DNA from: an uncultured Alphaproteobacteria bacterium
GTDB taxonomy: Bacteria; Pseudomonadota; Alphaproteobacteria; Rs-D84
Assembly (NCBI GenBank): GCA_963931495.1
Contig: OZ007020.1
Coordinates: 509,880 to 573,879 of the forward strand
DNA: 64,000 nucleotides
Reading direction: 5' to 3'
A program made the position numbers and the translations under genes. A model generated the notes under the pieces. That model did no database searches. It worked only from the letters and a program-made list of their open reading frames with translations, and had not been told where the DNA came from. Position 1 is the stretch's first letter. Each line of letters begins with the position of its first letter. Below, piece after piece: positions 48,379 through 58,248 of the stretch.

Positions 48379-51378
48379 ATGAGAATATTAAAAAGCTTAA
48401 TACTGGGTATATTTTTTCTATTTTGTGGTGCAAGCATAAATCCGGCGCAATCTGCGCAAGTTGCGAACGTTGAATACATTCATAAGTTAGTAAATCAGCG
48501 ATGGGGGATAGAAGTCCCTTATTATCCAGAAAACGCAAAACTGGTTGCTAATATGGAATATTTACTGACGGTGGTGGACAGGGCGAATAATTCATTAAAT
48601 GAAGAGCCTTTGACATCATACGGGACAGACCCAGTATACGCGACGAAACAAGCCGTAGATATAATTGCAGTAGGTGACGCGGTAAACAGGTTAATAACAT
48701 ACAAGCCGATGTTTTATGTTACAACTACGGGGAATACTAGCAGTTTTAGTTTTGATATAAGTGCAGCGGGCAGTTTTTCTATAAATTGGGGTGACGGAAC
48801 TGTTGATAATATAAACAAATCAGACACAACAAACACGACATACAGTCATACTTATGACAAAGCAGGTGAATATACTATCGGCATCGGTGGCGAAGCAACT
48901 GCATATAATACCAGCGCATTAACAGCCGCAATAAGTTTCAGCAGTAATAAAAATACAGCCGGTATATCAGGCAGTCTTGGTGCGATATTCGGAACTTTAC
49001 CAAGTGGCACACAACCAAGATTTTATCAGACTTTTTATAACAACACTAATTTAACCGGTGAAATCCCTGCAGATTTATTTGCGGGTATATCCGGCACACC
49101 GGCAGGTTCTATGTTTGCATACACATTTAGTGATTGTTCGGGGCTGACAGGCACCATTCCAGAAAACTTATTTGCGGGGATATCCGGTGCACCGGCAAGT
49201 AATATGTTTTCCAGCACATTTGATGGTTGTTCGGGGCTGACAGGCACCATTCCAGAAAACTTATTTGCGGGTATATCCGGCACACCTGCAATGTCTATGT
49301 TTGAAAGAACATTTTATGGTTGTTCGGGGCTGACAGGCAATATTCCAGAAAACTTATTTGGAAATATATCCGGCACACCTGCAATTTCTATGTTTGACGG
49401 CACATTTTATGGTTGTTCTAACCTTTCGGGCAATATTCCAGAAAACTTATTTGGAAATATATCCGGCGCACCGGCACAAAGGATGTTTTCCTACACATTT
49501 AATGGTTGTTCGGGGCTGACTGGTTCTATTCCAGAAAACTTATTTGCGGGTATATCCGGCACACCGGCAGGTTATATGTTTAACGGCACATTTAATGGTT
49601 GTTCGGGGCTGACAGGCACCATTCCAGAAAACTTATTTGCGGGGATATCCGGCGCACCGGCAATTTCTATGTTTGACGGCACATTTTATGGTTGTTCTAA
49701 CCTTTCGGGCAATATTCCAGAAAACTTATTTGGAAATATATCCGGCACACCTGCAACTTCTATGTTTAGATACACATTTTATGGTTGTTCGGGGCTGACA
49801 GGCACCATTCCAGAAAACTTATTTGCGGGTATATCCGGCACACCGGCAGGTTATATGTTTAGATACACATTTTATGGTTGTTCGGGGCTGACAGGCACCA
49901 TTCCAGAAAACTTATTTGCGGGTATATCCGGCACACCGGCAGGTTATATGTTTAACGGCACATTTCGGGATTGTTCGGGGCTGACAGGCACCATTCCAGA
50001 AAACTTATTTGGAAATATATCCGGCACACCTGCAATGTCTATGTTTAACGGCACATTTTTTGGTTGTTCGGGGCTGACGGGTGAAATACCACTTGGGTTA
50101 TTTGGTAATTTAACAAACAGACCACAAGTGGCTATGTTTTCCAGCACATTTGAAGGTTGTTCGGGTTTGACTGGTCCGTCTGCCAGAATGCCCGATGGAA
50201 CATATTTATATGACTTCTTTACCGGCGCAACCGAGACGGAAGTGGGATATATGTATCAGGGTGCGACGGGGTTAGAAGATTATCCATATATACCGACAGC
50301 TTGGGGTGGTTTGGGACAAGAAAAACCCGAATCTAAGTTTTTTGTAACAACAACGCCAAACACAAGTAGTTTTGAGTTTTATATAAGCGCGGCAGGTGAT
50401 TTTACTATTGATTGGGGTGATGGTAATGTAGAAAAAGTTACCAAATCAGACACAACAAAAACGACATACAGTCATACTTATGACAAAGCAGGTGAATATA
50501 CTATCAGCATCGGTGGCGAAGCAACTGCATATAATACCAGAACATCAACAGCCGCAATAAGTTTCAGAGACAATAAAAATACAGCCGGTATATCGGGCAG
50601 TCTTGGTGCGATATTTGGAACTTTACCAAGTGGCACACAACCAAGATTTGTTTCTACTTTTTCTTCTAATACTAATTTAACCGGTGAAATCCCTGCAGAT
50701 TTATTTGCGGGGATATCCGGCGCACCGGCACAAAGGATGTTTTCCTACACATTTAATGGTTGTTCGGGGCTGACAGGCACCATTCCAGAAAACTTATTTG
50801 CGGGTATATCCGGCACACCGGCAGGTTATATGTTTAACGGCACATTTAATGGTTGTTCGGGGCTGACAGGCACCATTCCAGAAAACTTATTTGCGGGGAT
50901 ATCCGGCGCACCGGAAAGTTATATGTTTTACAACACATTTAATGGTTGTTCGGGGCTGACAGGCACCATTCCAGAAAACTTATTTGCGGGTATATCCGGC
51001 ACACCTGCAATGTCTATGTTTGAAAGAACATTTTATGGTTGTTCGGGGCTGACAGGCAATATTCCAGAAAACTTATTTGGAAATATATCCGGCACACCTG
51101 CAATGTCTATGTTTAACGGCACATTTGATGGTTGTTCGGGGCTTACAGGTGAAATACCACTTGGATTATTTGGTAATTTAACAAACAGACCACAAGTGGC
51201 TATGTTTTCCAGCACATTTGAAGGTTGTTCGGGTTTGACTGGTCCGTCTGCCAGAATGCCCGATGGAACATATTTATATGACTTCTTTACCGGCGCAGCC
51301 CCGAGTCAAGTTGGTGGTATGTATCGTGGTGCGACGGGGTTATCAGATTACAGTTCTATACAATTCCCATGGAACTAA
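48379..51378 (+). CDS. Large secreted protein: two PKD-like domains, each followed by arrays of 31-residue BspA-type leucine-rich repeats.
   Basis: It has a signal peptide. The PKD-like signatures are INWGDGT...TYSHTYDKAGEYTI, occurring twice. About 18 repeats have the form IPENLFAGISGTPAxxMFxxTFxGCSGLTGT. It has an AGGAAAGAG ribosome-binding site. The track ORF starts at TTG 48364. Confidence 0.75.
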   Translation: MRILKSLILGIFFLFCGASINPAQSAQVANVEYIHKLVNQRWGIEVPYYPENAKLVANMEYLLTVVDRANNSLNEEPLTSYGTDPVYATKQAVDIIAVGDAVNRLITYKPMFYVTTTGNTSSFSFDISAAGSFSINWGDGTVDNINKSDTTNTTYSHTYDKAGEYTIGIGGEATAYNTSALTAAISFSSNKNTAGISGSLGAIFGTLPSGTQPRFYQTFYNNTNLTGEIPADLFAGISGTPAGSMFAYTFSDCSGLTGTIPENLFAGISGAPASNMFSSTFDGCSGLTGTIPENLFAGISGTPAMSMFERTFYGCSGLTGNIPENLFGNISGTPAISMFDGTFYGCSNLSGNIPENLFGNISGAPAQRMFSYTFNGCSGLTGSIPENLFAGISGTPAGYMFNGTFNGCSGLTGTIPENLFAGISGAPAISMFDGTFYGCSNLSGNIPENLFGNISGTPATSMFRYTFYGCSGLTGTIPENLFAGISGTPAGYMFRYTFYGCSGLTGTIPENLFAGISGTPAGYMFNGTFRDCSGLTGTIPENLFGNISGTPAMSMFNGTFFGCSGLTGEIPLGLFGNLTNRPQVAMFSSTFEGCSGLTGPSARMPDGTYLYDFFTGATETEVGYMYQGATGLEDYPYIPTAWGGLGQEKPESKFFVTTTPNTSSFEFYISAAGDFTIDWGDGNVEKVTKSDTTKTTYSHTYDKAGEYTISIGGEATAYNTRTSTAAISFRDNKNTAGISGSLGAIFGTLPSGTQPRFVSTFSSNTNLTGEIPADLFAGISGAPAQRMFSYTFNGCSGLTGTIPENLFAGISGTPAGYMFNGTFNGCSGLTGTIPENLFAGISGAPESYMFYNTFNGCSGLTGTIPENLFAGISGTPAMSMFERTFYGCSGLTGNIPENLFGNISGTPAMSMFNGTFDGCSGLTGEIPLGLFGNLTNRPQVAMFSSTFEGCSGLTGPSARMPDGTYLYDFFTGAAPSQVGGMYRGATGLSDYSSIQFPWN
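49063..50165 (+). repeat. Array of about 12 tandem 93-bp repeats (BspA-like LRR units) inside the 1004-aa gene.
   Basis: The repeat ggttgttcggggctgacaggcaccattccagaaaacttatttgc... recurs every 93 bp. Confidence 0.85.
50686..51245 (+). repeat. Second array of about 6 tandem 93-bp repeats. It is part of a roughly 1-kb internal duplication (compare 48712..49030 with 50338..50660).
   Basis: The units are near identical to the first array, and the preceding PKD-like domain is duplicated. Confidence 0.85.
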
Positions 51379-51399
51379 TCTGATTTGACAACAGAAACC

Positions 51400-51447
51400 G
51401 CCTGAAAAGTGCATCCGCACAAAAAAAATCCGCATTCCTGCGGATTT
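51400..51447. terminator. Bidirectional terminator between the 1004-aa gene (plus) and rnhA (minus).
   Basis: A-run, hairpin aatccgca-ttcc-tgcggatt, T-run. Confidence 0.75.
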
Positions 51448-51448
51448 T

Positions 51449-51877
51449 TTATTTCATTTCCTCTGCGGCGGTTCGGGCAAGCGTGTCGCACCTTTCGTTC
51501 ATGTCATGACCTGCGTGGCCCTTTACCCATACCCATTTTATGCGCTTCGTCTGCGCAAGCTGGTCTAGCTGCTGCCAAAGCTCTTTATTCTTTACAGGCT
51601 TCCTTTCCGCGTTCTTCCAGTTGTTGTTCTTCCACTGCTGAACCCATTTTTCCATGCCGTTCTTTACATATTGGCTGTCTGTGTGAAGCTCTAATTCATC
51701 GTGTTTCTTTGCAGCCGTCAATGCCCTTATTACTGCCGTCAATTCCATGCGGTTGTTCGTAGTGTCTTTTTCACCGCCACTTCTTTCCGCAACGTTCTTG
51801 CCGTCTGTCGCAATAAAAGCCCAGCCCCCTGGGCCAGGGTTTCCTAAACAACTGCCATCTGTCCAAATTTTTAACAT
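51449..51877 (-). CDS. rnhA: Ribonuclease HI.
   Basis: The RNase H fold is clear in IWTDGSCLGNPGPGGWA, TNNRMELTAVIRAL, VKGHAGHDMNERCDTLAR and the DEDD residues. Confidence 0.92.
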   Translation of the reverse strand: MLKIWTDGSCLGNPGPGGWAFIATDGKNVAERSGGEKDTTNNRMELTAVIRALTAAKKHDELELHTDSQYVKNGMEKWVQQWKNNNWKNAERKPVKNKELWQQLDQLAQTKRIKWVWVKGHAGHDMNERCDTLARTAAEEMK

Positions 51878-51913
51878 TTTTTATTAACCTGTTTTGTGAT
51901 ATAATATCATAAA

Positions 51914-53704
51914 ATGAGATTTGATGCCAAAGATTTAAGAGAAATGTCTAATTCCGTGCGTGCGCATGCGTTGAACGCGGTGCGGTGTGCGGGGTCGGGT
52001 CATGTTGGAATTGTGTTGGGGGCGGCCGATATAATTACGGCGATTTATGCGAATTTTCTGCGTGTGGGCGTTGATAGATTTGTCTTGTCGGCTGGTCACG
52101 GCAGTGCGCTGTTTTATTCTGTATTAAAGTTGGCGGGGTATAAAATCGGTGATTTAGAAAGTTTTCGGCAAATTGGTGGATTGCCAGGGCATCCGGAAAT
52201 CGGAATTGATGGTGTGTGGGCGACAACGGGGCCATTGGGCCAGGGAATCGGTAATGCGGTTGGGATGGCTTTGGCGGCCAAACTTCGTGGATTGGATACA
52301 CGGGTGTTCTGTTTGTGCAGTGATGGTGATTTAATGGAAGGCGTTGCATCCGAAGCAATTGCCTTCGCAGGGCGGTATAAATTAAATAATTTGATACTGG
52401 TGTGGGATGATAACGGGCTTAGTATTGATGGGGCGGCGTTAACGGACATGGATATCCCAATGCGTATGCGGGCCGCCGGATGGGGAATTATGCGCACAGA
52501 TGGTGACAATTTTAATCAAATAAATCGTGTGTTGTCATCGGCAACTGATGATAAAAATTCTGTGCCAGTGTTTGTCCAATGTAAAACAGTTTTGGGGCGT
52601 GATTCCAGTTTGTCTGGCCAGTCCAGCGCGCATGGGTTTGCGTTGGATGATTCAGAAATGATGCGCTTGACAGAACGGTTTATATCGCCGTGTGGTGACG
52701 ATTTGTGGTCGGAATTGGCGCATGATATGACGGGCGTGCAACATGTTGAAATACCAAAGATTAATGCCGATAATATCAGTATCCCACGTAACACAACAGA
52801 CATGTCAACGCGCGAATTGTCGGGAATGTTCGTGGAAAAATTGATGGCAAATGGTATCAATGTCGTCGGGGGCAGTGCGGATTTGGGCCACAGTACAAAC
52901 GTTAAAGTAAAATCCAGTGTGGATATATTGCCACCGGATTTTGTTGGAAATTATATTAACTATGGGGTGCGCGAACATGCAATGGGCGCAATTATGAACG
53001 GTATGGTTGCGGGCGGTGTGCGCGCATATGGTTCAACGTTTTTGGTGTTCAGTGACTATATGCGGGCCAGTATTCGGATTGCGGCAATGTCTGGATTACC
53101 GGCAATTTATGTGTTTACACATGACAGTGTTGCTGTTGGGCCAGATGGGCCAACACATCAGCCGATTGAGCAATTGCCGTCGTTAAGACTGATTCCGAAC
53201 CTGAATGTTTTTCGTCCATGTAATGCGGATGAAGTGGCATATGCATGGCATGCGGCATTGTCTGATACAGAACATCCGTCGGCAATCATTTTGTCGCGCC
53301 AAAAAATTAAACAAATTCAAACACACAGTGTGGCCGATATTTCGCGTGGTGCGTATATTATTCGTTCGGCAAAATCACGTCGGGTGCGGGTTACGCTGGT
53401 TGCCACCGGTGCCGAAGTGCCATTGGCGATATCGGTCGCAGAAAAACTGGGGGACGGGGTCCAGGTTGTCAGTATGCCGAATGTTGGCGCGTTTCGTAAC
53501 CAAGATGTGCAGTACAAGAAAAAAATACTGGTCGGGTATGTCGTTGTCATAGAGGCCGCCGCCACAGCGCCTTGGTTTGAATTTGCCGATGCCGTTGTTG
53601 GAATTGATTCTTTTGGTGTGTCGGGTGACGGCGAATCGGTATATAAACATTTTGGGTTTGACACAGACGCGATTGTGCGCGATATTTCAAAAAAAATACG
53701 ATAG
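51914..53704 (+). CDS. tkt: Transketolase.
   Basis: It has a TPP-binding N-terminus (GSGHVGIVLGAADI), GDGDLMEG, and the pyrimidine-binding and C-terminal domains. At 596 aa it is shorter than E. coli TktA. Confidence 0.85.
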   Translation: MRFDAKDLREMSNSVRAHALNAVRCAGSGHVGIVLGAADIITAIYANFLRVGVDRFVLSAGHGSALFYSVLKLAGYKIGDLESFRQIGGLPGHPEIGIDGVWATTGPLGQGIGNAVGMALAAKLRGLDTRVFCLCSDGDLMEGVASEAIAFAGRYKLNNLILVWDDNGLSIDGAALTDMDIPMRMRAAGWGIMRTDGDNFNQINRVLSSATDDKNSVPVFVQCKTVLGRDSSLSGQSSAHGFALDDSEMMRLTERFISPCGDDLWSELAHDMTGVQHVEIPKINADNISIPRNTTDMSTRELSGMFVEKLMANGINVVGGSADLGHSTNVKVKSSVDILPPDFVGNYINYGVREHAMGAIMNGMVAGGVRAYGSTFLVFSDYMRASIRIAAMSGLPAIYVFTHDSVAVGPDGPTHQPIEQLPSLRLIPNLNVFRPCNADEVAYAWHAALSDTEHPSAIILSRQKIKQIQTHSVADISRGAYIIRSAKSRRVRVTLVATGAEVPLAISVAEKLGDGVQVVSMPNVGAFRNQDVQYKKKILVGYVVVIEAAATAPWFEFADAVVGIDSFGVSGDGESVYKHFGFDTDAIVRDISKKIR

Positions 53705-53708
53705 ATTA

Positions 53709-54416
53709 ATGTCAGAATGTGAATTTGTTTTATCGTCGGGTGAACGTATCCCGATTGTGGTGTCATCGCGTCGTGGTTTACGTAATATCACGTTGCGCCC
53801 AAAAACACAGCCAAAACGCGAATTACACGTATCAAAGCCGTGGTTGACACCAATGTCTGTGGTTATGCGTTTTGTTGAACAAAAACGTCGCTGGTGTGAA
53901 CGTATATTTAATAATGCGCCGCAAAAGCATCATATAATATCGGGTGAAGAAATTGAATTTTTAGGGTGGCATGTGCACGTTGTACATGACCCATCGCGTC
54001 GGGCGAATGAATTTATTAAAAACGACTTTGGGGTGGCGACGTTGGTTGTTGGTGGAACGTCGGATATGTTTGAACGGCGTATACGTGACTTTATTAAATC
54101 TGCATTTTTAACAGAAGTAAAGCAGATGATACGAACGGTGCCCCGTGAATTTTGGCCAAAACGAATCGCCGTTCGTGATACAACCAGTCGCTGGGGCAGT
54201 TGTTCAACCAGTGGTACCATGTCTTTTTCATGGCGGTTGGCGTTTGCGCCGCGCGATGTTATGCGATATGTTGTAATGCATGAATTGGCGCATCAAAAGC
54301 ATATGGACCATTCACCTGCGTTTTGGCAAACTGTGTCCGATTTATATGGGTTCGGTGTAGAACGTGCGAAAAGGTGGCTGAATGTACATGGGGGCGAACT
54401 GTACAGATATTTTTAA
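53709..54416 (+). CDS. YgjP/DUF45-family metal-dependent hydrolase.
   Basis: It carries VMHELAHQKHMDHSPAFW (HExxH plus HS), typical of the YgjP-like family. The start at 53709 lies just after the tkt stop; the track ORF 53577 is an upstream extension overlapping tkt. Confidence 0.65.
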   Translation: MSECEFVLSSGERIPIVVSSRRGLRNITLRPKTQPKRELHVSKPWLTPMSVVMRFVEQKRRWCERIFNNAPQKHHIISGEEIEFLGWHVHVVHDPSRRANEFIKNDFGVATLVVGGTSDMFERRIRDFIKSAFLTEVKQMIRTVPREFWPKRIAVRDTTSRWGSCSTSGTMSFSWRLAFAPRDVMRYVVMHELAHQKHMDHSPAFWQTVSDLYGFGVERAKRWLNVHGGELYRYF

Positions 54417-54419
54417 CTT

Positions 54420-54665
54420 GTTTATTTATGGCAATCGGTTATACTGTGAATTGAATCAGTGGGGACATTGGTTCAGGGATTTAGCAATCCCATATCCATG
54501 CGGTACGAAAGTGCCGAATATCCACCGACAATATAGAACTGTTGTCGGGTTACCTGGCCAATAGGTCGGGTTGTGTCGGCGATACAACAGGTTGCATTAC
54601 AATCGAAAACCGACAGGTCATTTATGGATATGATTTGCTAACTTCCCGACCACCACAGTTTTTGG
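54420..54665 (+). ncRNA. Possible structured leader or small RNA ending in an intrinsic terminator just upstream of the OMP gene.
   Basis: A long stem ctgttgt..acaacag encloses the duplicated gtcgggtt. The hairpin ccaccacag-ttt-ttggtgg plus ttttt lies at 54640..54668, only about 35 nt before the ATG at 54705. Confidence 0.25.
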
Positions 54666-54704
54666 TGGTTTTTGTTTAACGTTAAAACAAAAAAGGAAGA
54701 AGCA

Positions 54705-55445
54705 ATGAAAAAAATATTATGTGGTTCTGTGTTTGCTTTAATCGCAACCGGTGCAATGGCGGACGGGTTCTATATAAATCCCCAGGTTGCATACAGCATT
54801 ACATCTGTGTCTGAAAATCGTGTGGAAAAACAGTCAGAAAATGGCGCGTGGGTCGAATTTGACGGAAATAAACACGAAAGTTGGTCTGACACAGGACATA
54901 AATTTTCACCAAAAATTGCGGTCGGTTATGAATTTGATATGGACAAGGCTGGTATATTGTCAGTCGAGGCTGAATATGGCCACGTTGATAATTTCTTTAA
55001 CGCGGTTGGGTTTGATGCGGCTGAAAATGGCGATAAACCAAATGATACCGATGTCAGAAACTTTACATACAATGAAAGCACATTGGGATTGAATGTTAAA
55101 TACGGATACGAAGTATATAAATTCATCCCGTATGTAACGGCCGGTATCGGTTATACCACAATCGAATCGGAAAATAATTTCCGCAGTGGGCGTTATTTCT
55201 GGGAAACACCGGCGACAACTGAAAATATGTCTTGGAATGTTGGTGTTGGTATCGAAGTTCCAGTTACAGACAATGTTGCGTTCAATATCGCGTATAAATA
55301 TACCGATTTGGGCAGTGTAGAATACACAAACGGTATGTTTTATGACAACCACACCGAAGGCCAGGGCGGTATGACACGTGTGTTTGATTCAGATGTTGAT
55401 TTATACAAACATGAAATCATTGCCGGTGTAAAGATGTCTTTTTAA
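54705..55445 (+). CDS. Outer membrane beta-barrel protein (OmpA/Opa-like porin family).
   Basis: Signal peptide MKKILCGSVFALIATGAMA, alternating amphipathic strands, a C-terminal aromatic residue (...VKMSF), and an AAGGAAG ribosome-binding site. Confidence 0.75.
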   Translation: MKKILCGSVFALIATGAMADGFYINPQVAYSITSVSENRVEKQSENGAWVEFDGNKHESWSDTGHKFSPKIAVGYEFDMDKAGILSVEAEYGHVDNFFNAVGFDAAENGDKPNDTDVRNFTYNESTLGLNVKYGYEVYKFIPYVTAGIGYTTIESENNFRSGRYFWETPATTENMSWNVGVGIEVPVTDNVAFNIAYKYTDLGSVEYTNGMFYDNHTEGQGGMTRVFDSDVDLYKHEIIAGVKMSF

Positions 55446-55467
55446 CATCATTGTCATTATTGGTTCG

Positions 55468-55502
55468 GTTATTGTATCCCGCGTTCTGCGCGGGATTTAT
55501 TT
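55468..55502 (+). terminator. Rho-independent terminator after the OMP gene.
   Basis: Hairpin atcccgcg-ttct-gcgcgggat followed by ttatttt. Confidence 0.7.
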
Positions 55503-55624
55503 TATAAAAAACTTGCAAAGTGGCGGATTTTGGGTATTATTCGCGTATGATTTATAAAACATTTGTTTTTGTTGCGTTGCATCACGCCCGTCGGGCGGTG
55601 TGCTTATAGCGTTTTTCGTATATT

Positions 55625-55640
55625 TGTGATATAATCAGTT
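55625..55640 (+). promoter_or_regulatory. Extended -10 promoter element (TGaTATAAT) upstream of hisS.
   Basis: tgtgatataat lies about 45 nt upstream of the ATG at 55686. Confidence 0.4.
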
Positions 55641-55685
55641 AAATCAAATTGCCAAAGTGTATGGCATTAACCACAGGATTAAAAA

Positions 55686-56981
55686 ATGGAATTAAAACCA
55701 ACGAAAACTTTATCGGGATTCATAGAATTATTACCGGCACAACAGCGGTGTTTTGATGAATGTGCGGCACGTATGCAACGTGTGTTAAAAACGGCCGGGT
55801 TTGCACATTTGGATTTGCCGGCAATTGAACGGGCCGAAGTTTTGACGGATAAAGATAACTGGGATGAAATAGAAACGCAAATGTTCTTGTTTCAAAAGGG
55901 TGACACTAAAATGGGGCTGCGATATGATGGGACAGTTGGGCTGTCGCGTTATGTCGCCGGGCACATTAATGATTTGAACTTTCCGTTTCGTGCGTATCAG
56001 TTTGCGCGTAATTATCGCGGGGAACGGCCCCAGCGTGGTCGGTATCGTGAATTTTATCAGATGGATCTGGATATTATGGGAATTGATACATTGTCCGAAA
56101 ATTATGATGCAGAAATTGTCGCAACCTTGGCGCGGGCATATGAATCAATTGCTGAATTTATTGGGCCGGTGAATGTGCGTATCGGTAATCGCAGGTTCTG
56201 GAATGCAATGTTTGCGTATTTGGGGATGGATGATGCGCAAAGTCGGGCGGCGTTTGTTTTGATTGATAAAAAAGACAAGATGTCTGATTTTTATGACGGA
56301 TTGGTTGAAACAGTTGGACAGAAAAATGCAGATGAAATAAATAACGTTTTTTCAAATGGGTATCGGTCATTTGCCGGCGCATCAGATGCATTAGATTCGG
56401 CAATCAGTGAAATTGACAGTTTTGTGCAGATGCTGGATGCGATGGGAATTCGCAATGCACAAATTGATTTGGGAATTATGCGCGGCCATGCGTACTATAC
56501 CGGCATTGTGTTTGAATTTTTCTTGGATAATTTCCCAGAATTGGGGGCGATTGGCGGCGGCGGTCGGTATGAAGATTTGACGTCTAAATTTTCCAAGACT
56601 AAAATTATCGGGGTGGGGGCCGCTGTTGGTTTTTCACGTCTGATGGTTGCATTGATGGATGATAACAAAATTGATTTGTCGCAATTCAGTCGCCCGATTC
56701 GTGCCGCTGTTTTGGTTATGGGTAATGAAAATGTTGCATATGCAATGCGGGTGTTGTCAGAACTGCGTGATGCCGGGATAACCACAGTACCGTATCTGGA
56801 TGCAAATAAAAAATTCAAAAATCAGATTGAATTTGCCGACAAGATAAAGGCAGATTACAGCATAATAATTGGTGAAAATGAAGTAAAAACAAATGTGTTG
56901 TCGGTTAAAAATATGCAGTCTGGGGACCAGATGGGTATGGATTTAGCCGATGTAAAAAAACTGTTGTGTACGGTACAATAA
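55686..56981 (+). CDS. hisS: Histidyl-tRNA synthetase.
   Basis: It has class II motif 2 (FRAYQFARNYRGERPQRGRYREFYQMDLDIMG), motif 3 (GGGRYEDL), and an anticodon-binding C-terminal domain. Length is 431 aa. Confidence 0.82.
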   Translation: MELKPTKTLSGFIELLPAQQRCFDECAARMQRVLKTAGFAHLDLPAIERAEVLTDKDNWDEIETQMFLFQKGDTKMGLRYDGTVGLSRYVAGHINDLNFPFRAYQFARNYRGERPQRGRYREFYQMDLDIMGIDTLSENYDAEIVATLARAYESIAEFIGPVNVRIGNRRFWNAMFAYLGMDDAQSRAAFVLIDKKDKMSDFYDGLVETVGQKNADEINNVFSNGYRSFAGASDALDSAISEIDSFVQMLDAMGIRNAQIDLGIMRGHAYYTGIVFEFFLDNFPELGAIGGGGRYEDLTSKFSKTKIIGVGAAVGFSRLMVALMDDNKIDLSQFSRPIRAAVLVMGNENVAYAMRVLSELRDAGITTVPYLDANKKFKNQIEFADKIKADYSIIIGENEVKTNVLSVKNMQSGDQMGMDLADVKKLLCTVQ

Positions 56982-56982
56982 A

Positions 56983-58047
56983 ATGATTATAGACGATAAA
57001 TTAAAAGACATTCAGGCGCGTGCCACAGAAATAGAAACCCAGATGAATTCGGGTACTGTTTCAGGGGCGGAATTAACCAGGTTGTCCAAAGAATATTCGG
57101 AACTGACCAATATTTTACCGCTGGTTTCGGAATATTTCCAGGTAAAGCGCGGTATTGATGATGCAAATGAAATGCTGCACGATGCAGAATTAAAAGCAAT
57201 TGCGTCAGAACAGTTGGATGAATTAAAGCACAAATTACCAGAAATTGAAAAGCAATTGCAAATCGCGCTGTTGCCACGTGACGAAGCCGATGATAACAGT
57301 GTTATTATGGAAATTCGTGCCGGGGTTGGCGGTGAAGAATCGGCACTGTTTGCCGGCGATTTGTATAATCAATATAAATCTTATGCAATGCGACATGGGT
57401 GGAAAACCGAAGTAATTGAAGAAAATGCAACATCTTTGCATGGGTACAAGGAAATTGTGTTCAAAATTGATGGGGTGGGGGCATATGCGCGGTTAAAGTT
57501 TGAATCAGGCATTCATCGGGTTCAGCGCGTCCCAGAAACAGAAGCCAGTGGTCGTATACATACCAGTGCCGCGTCTGTGGCAGTTATGCCCGAAGCAAAA
57601 GATATTGACGTTGTCATAGATGACAAGGATATTCGCATTGATGTTTTCCGGGCATCTGGTGCCGGGGGCCAGCATGTGAACAAAACAGACAGCGCAGTGC
57701 GTATAACGCATTTCCCAACAGGCATTGTTGTCACATGTCAAAATGAACGCAGCCAATTTCAAAACAAGGCTGCGGCAATGGCGGTTCTGCGGGCTAAATT
57801 ATATGAAAAACAACGTGAAGAGCAGGTTAATGCCAGTAATTCTGCACGAAAAACAATGGTCGGTTCGGGTGACCGCAGTGAAAAAATAAGAACTTATAAT
57901 TTTCCAGAACAACGTGTTACAGACCATCGTATAAAATTAACGTTGTATAAACTGGATGATATTTTGGCCGGCGGCGCAGCATTGGATGAAATGATAGATG
58001 CATTAATTGCTGCGGATCAGTTAGAACGTTTATCCAGTATGAATTAA
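56983..58047 (+). CDS. prfA: Peptide chain release factor 1.
   Basis: It has the GGQ motif (SGAGGQHVNKTDSAVRITH) and an RF1-type codon-recognition region whose tripeptide is PET (RVPETEASGRIHTS). Length is 354 aa. Confidence 0.92.
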   Translation: MIIDDKLKDIQARATEIETQMNSGTVSGAELTRLSKEYSELTNILPLVSEYFQVKRGIDDANEMLHDAELKAIASEQLDELKHKLPEIEKQLQIALLPRDEADDNSVIMEIRAGVGGEESALFAGDLYNQYKSYAMRHGWKTEVIEENATSLHGYKEIVFKIDGVGAYARLKFESGIHRVQRVPETEASGRIHTSAASVAVMPEAKDIDVVIDDKDIRIDVFRASGAGGQHVNKTDSAVRITHFPTGIVVTCQNERSQFQNKAAAMAVLRAKLYEKQREEQVNASNSARKTMVGSGDRSEKIRTYNFPEQRVTDHRIKLTLYKLDDILAGGAALDEMIDALIAADQLERLSSMN

Positions 58048-58248
58048 TTTTTTGGTTTTGTTTTGGGCGCGGGCTTTGGTCCATATGATGTGCCAAACAA
58101 TTTCCGGGAAAACAGACGGTTGAAATCTGCCAGCAATATATCTGGTCACGACATGCGTTTTCGTATCTTTTATTTTCACGGACGAAACGCGTCCATGAAT
58201 GGATTTGCGGCTTTATTTCATGTGTTACGTGAACGGTATGTGGTGTTA

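Noticed and set aside
47731-51378. Prophage call based on the tail-fibre-like repeat protein.
   Set aside because: No capsid, terminase, integrase or other phage genes are in the vicinity. It is more likely a surface adhesin borrowing a fibre repeat.
53577-53708. N-terminal 44 codons of the track ORF 53577..54416, overlapping the end of tkt.
   Set aside because: The conserved YgjP-like sequence starts at the ATG at 53709, just after the tkt stop. The extension is in tkt coding sequence.
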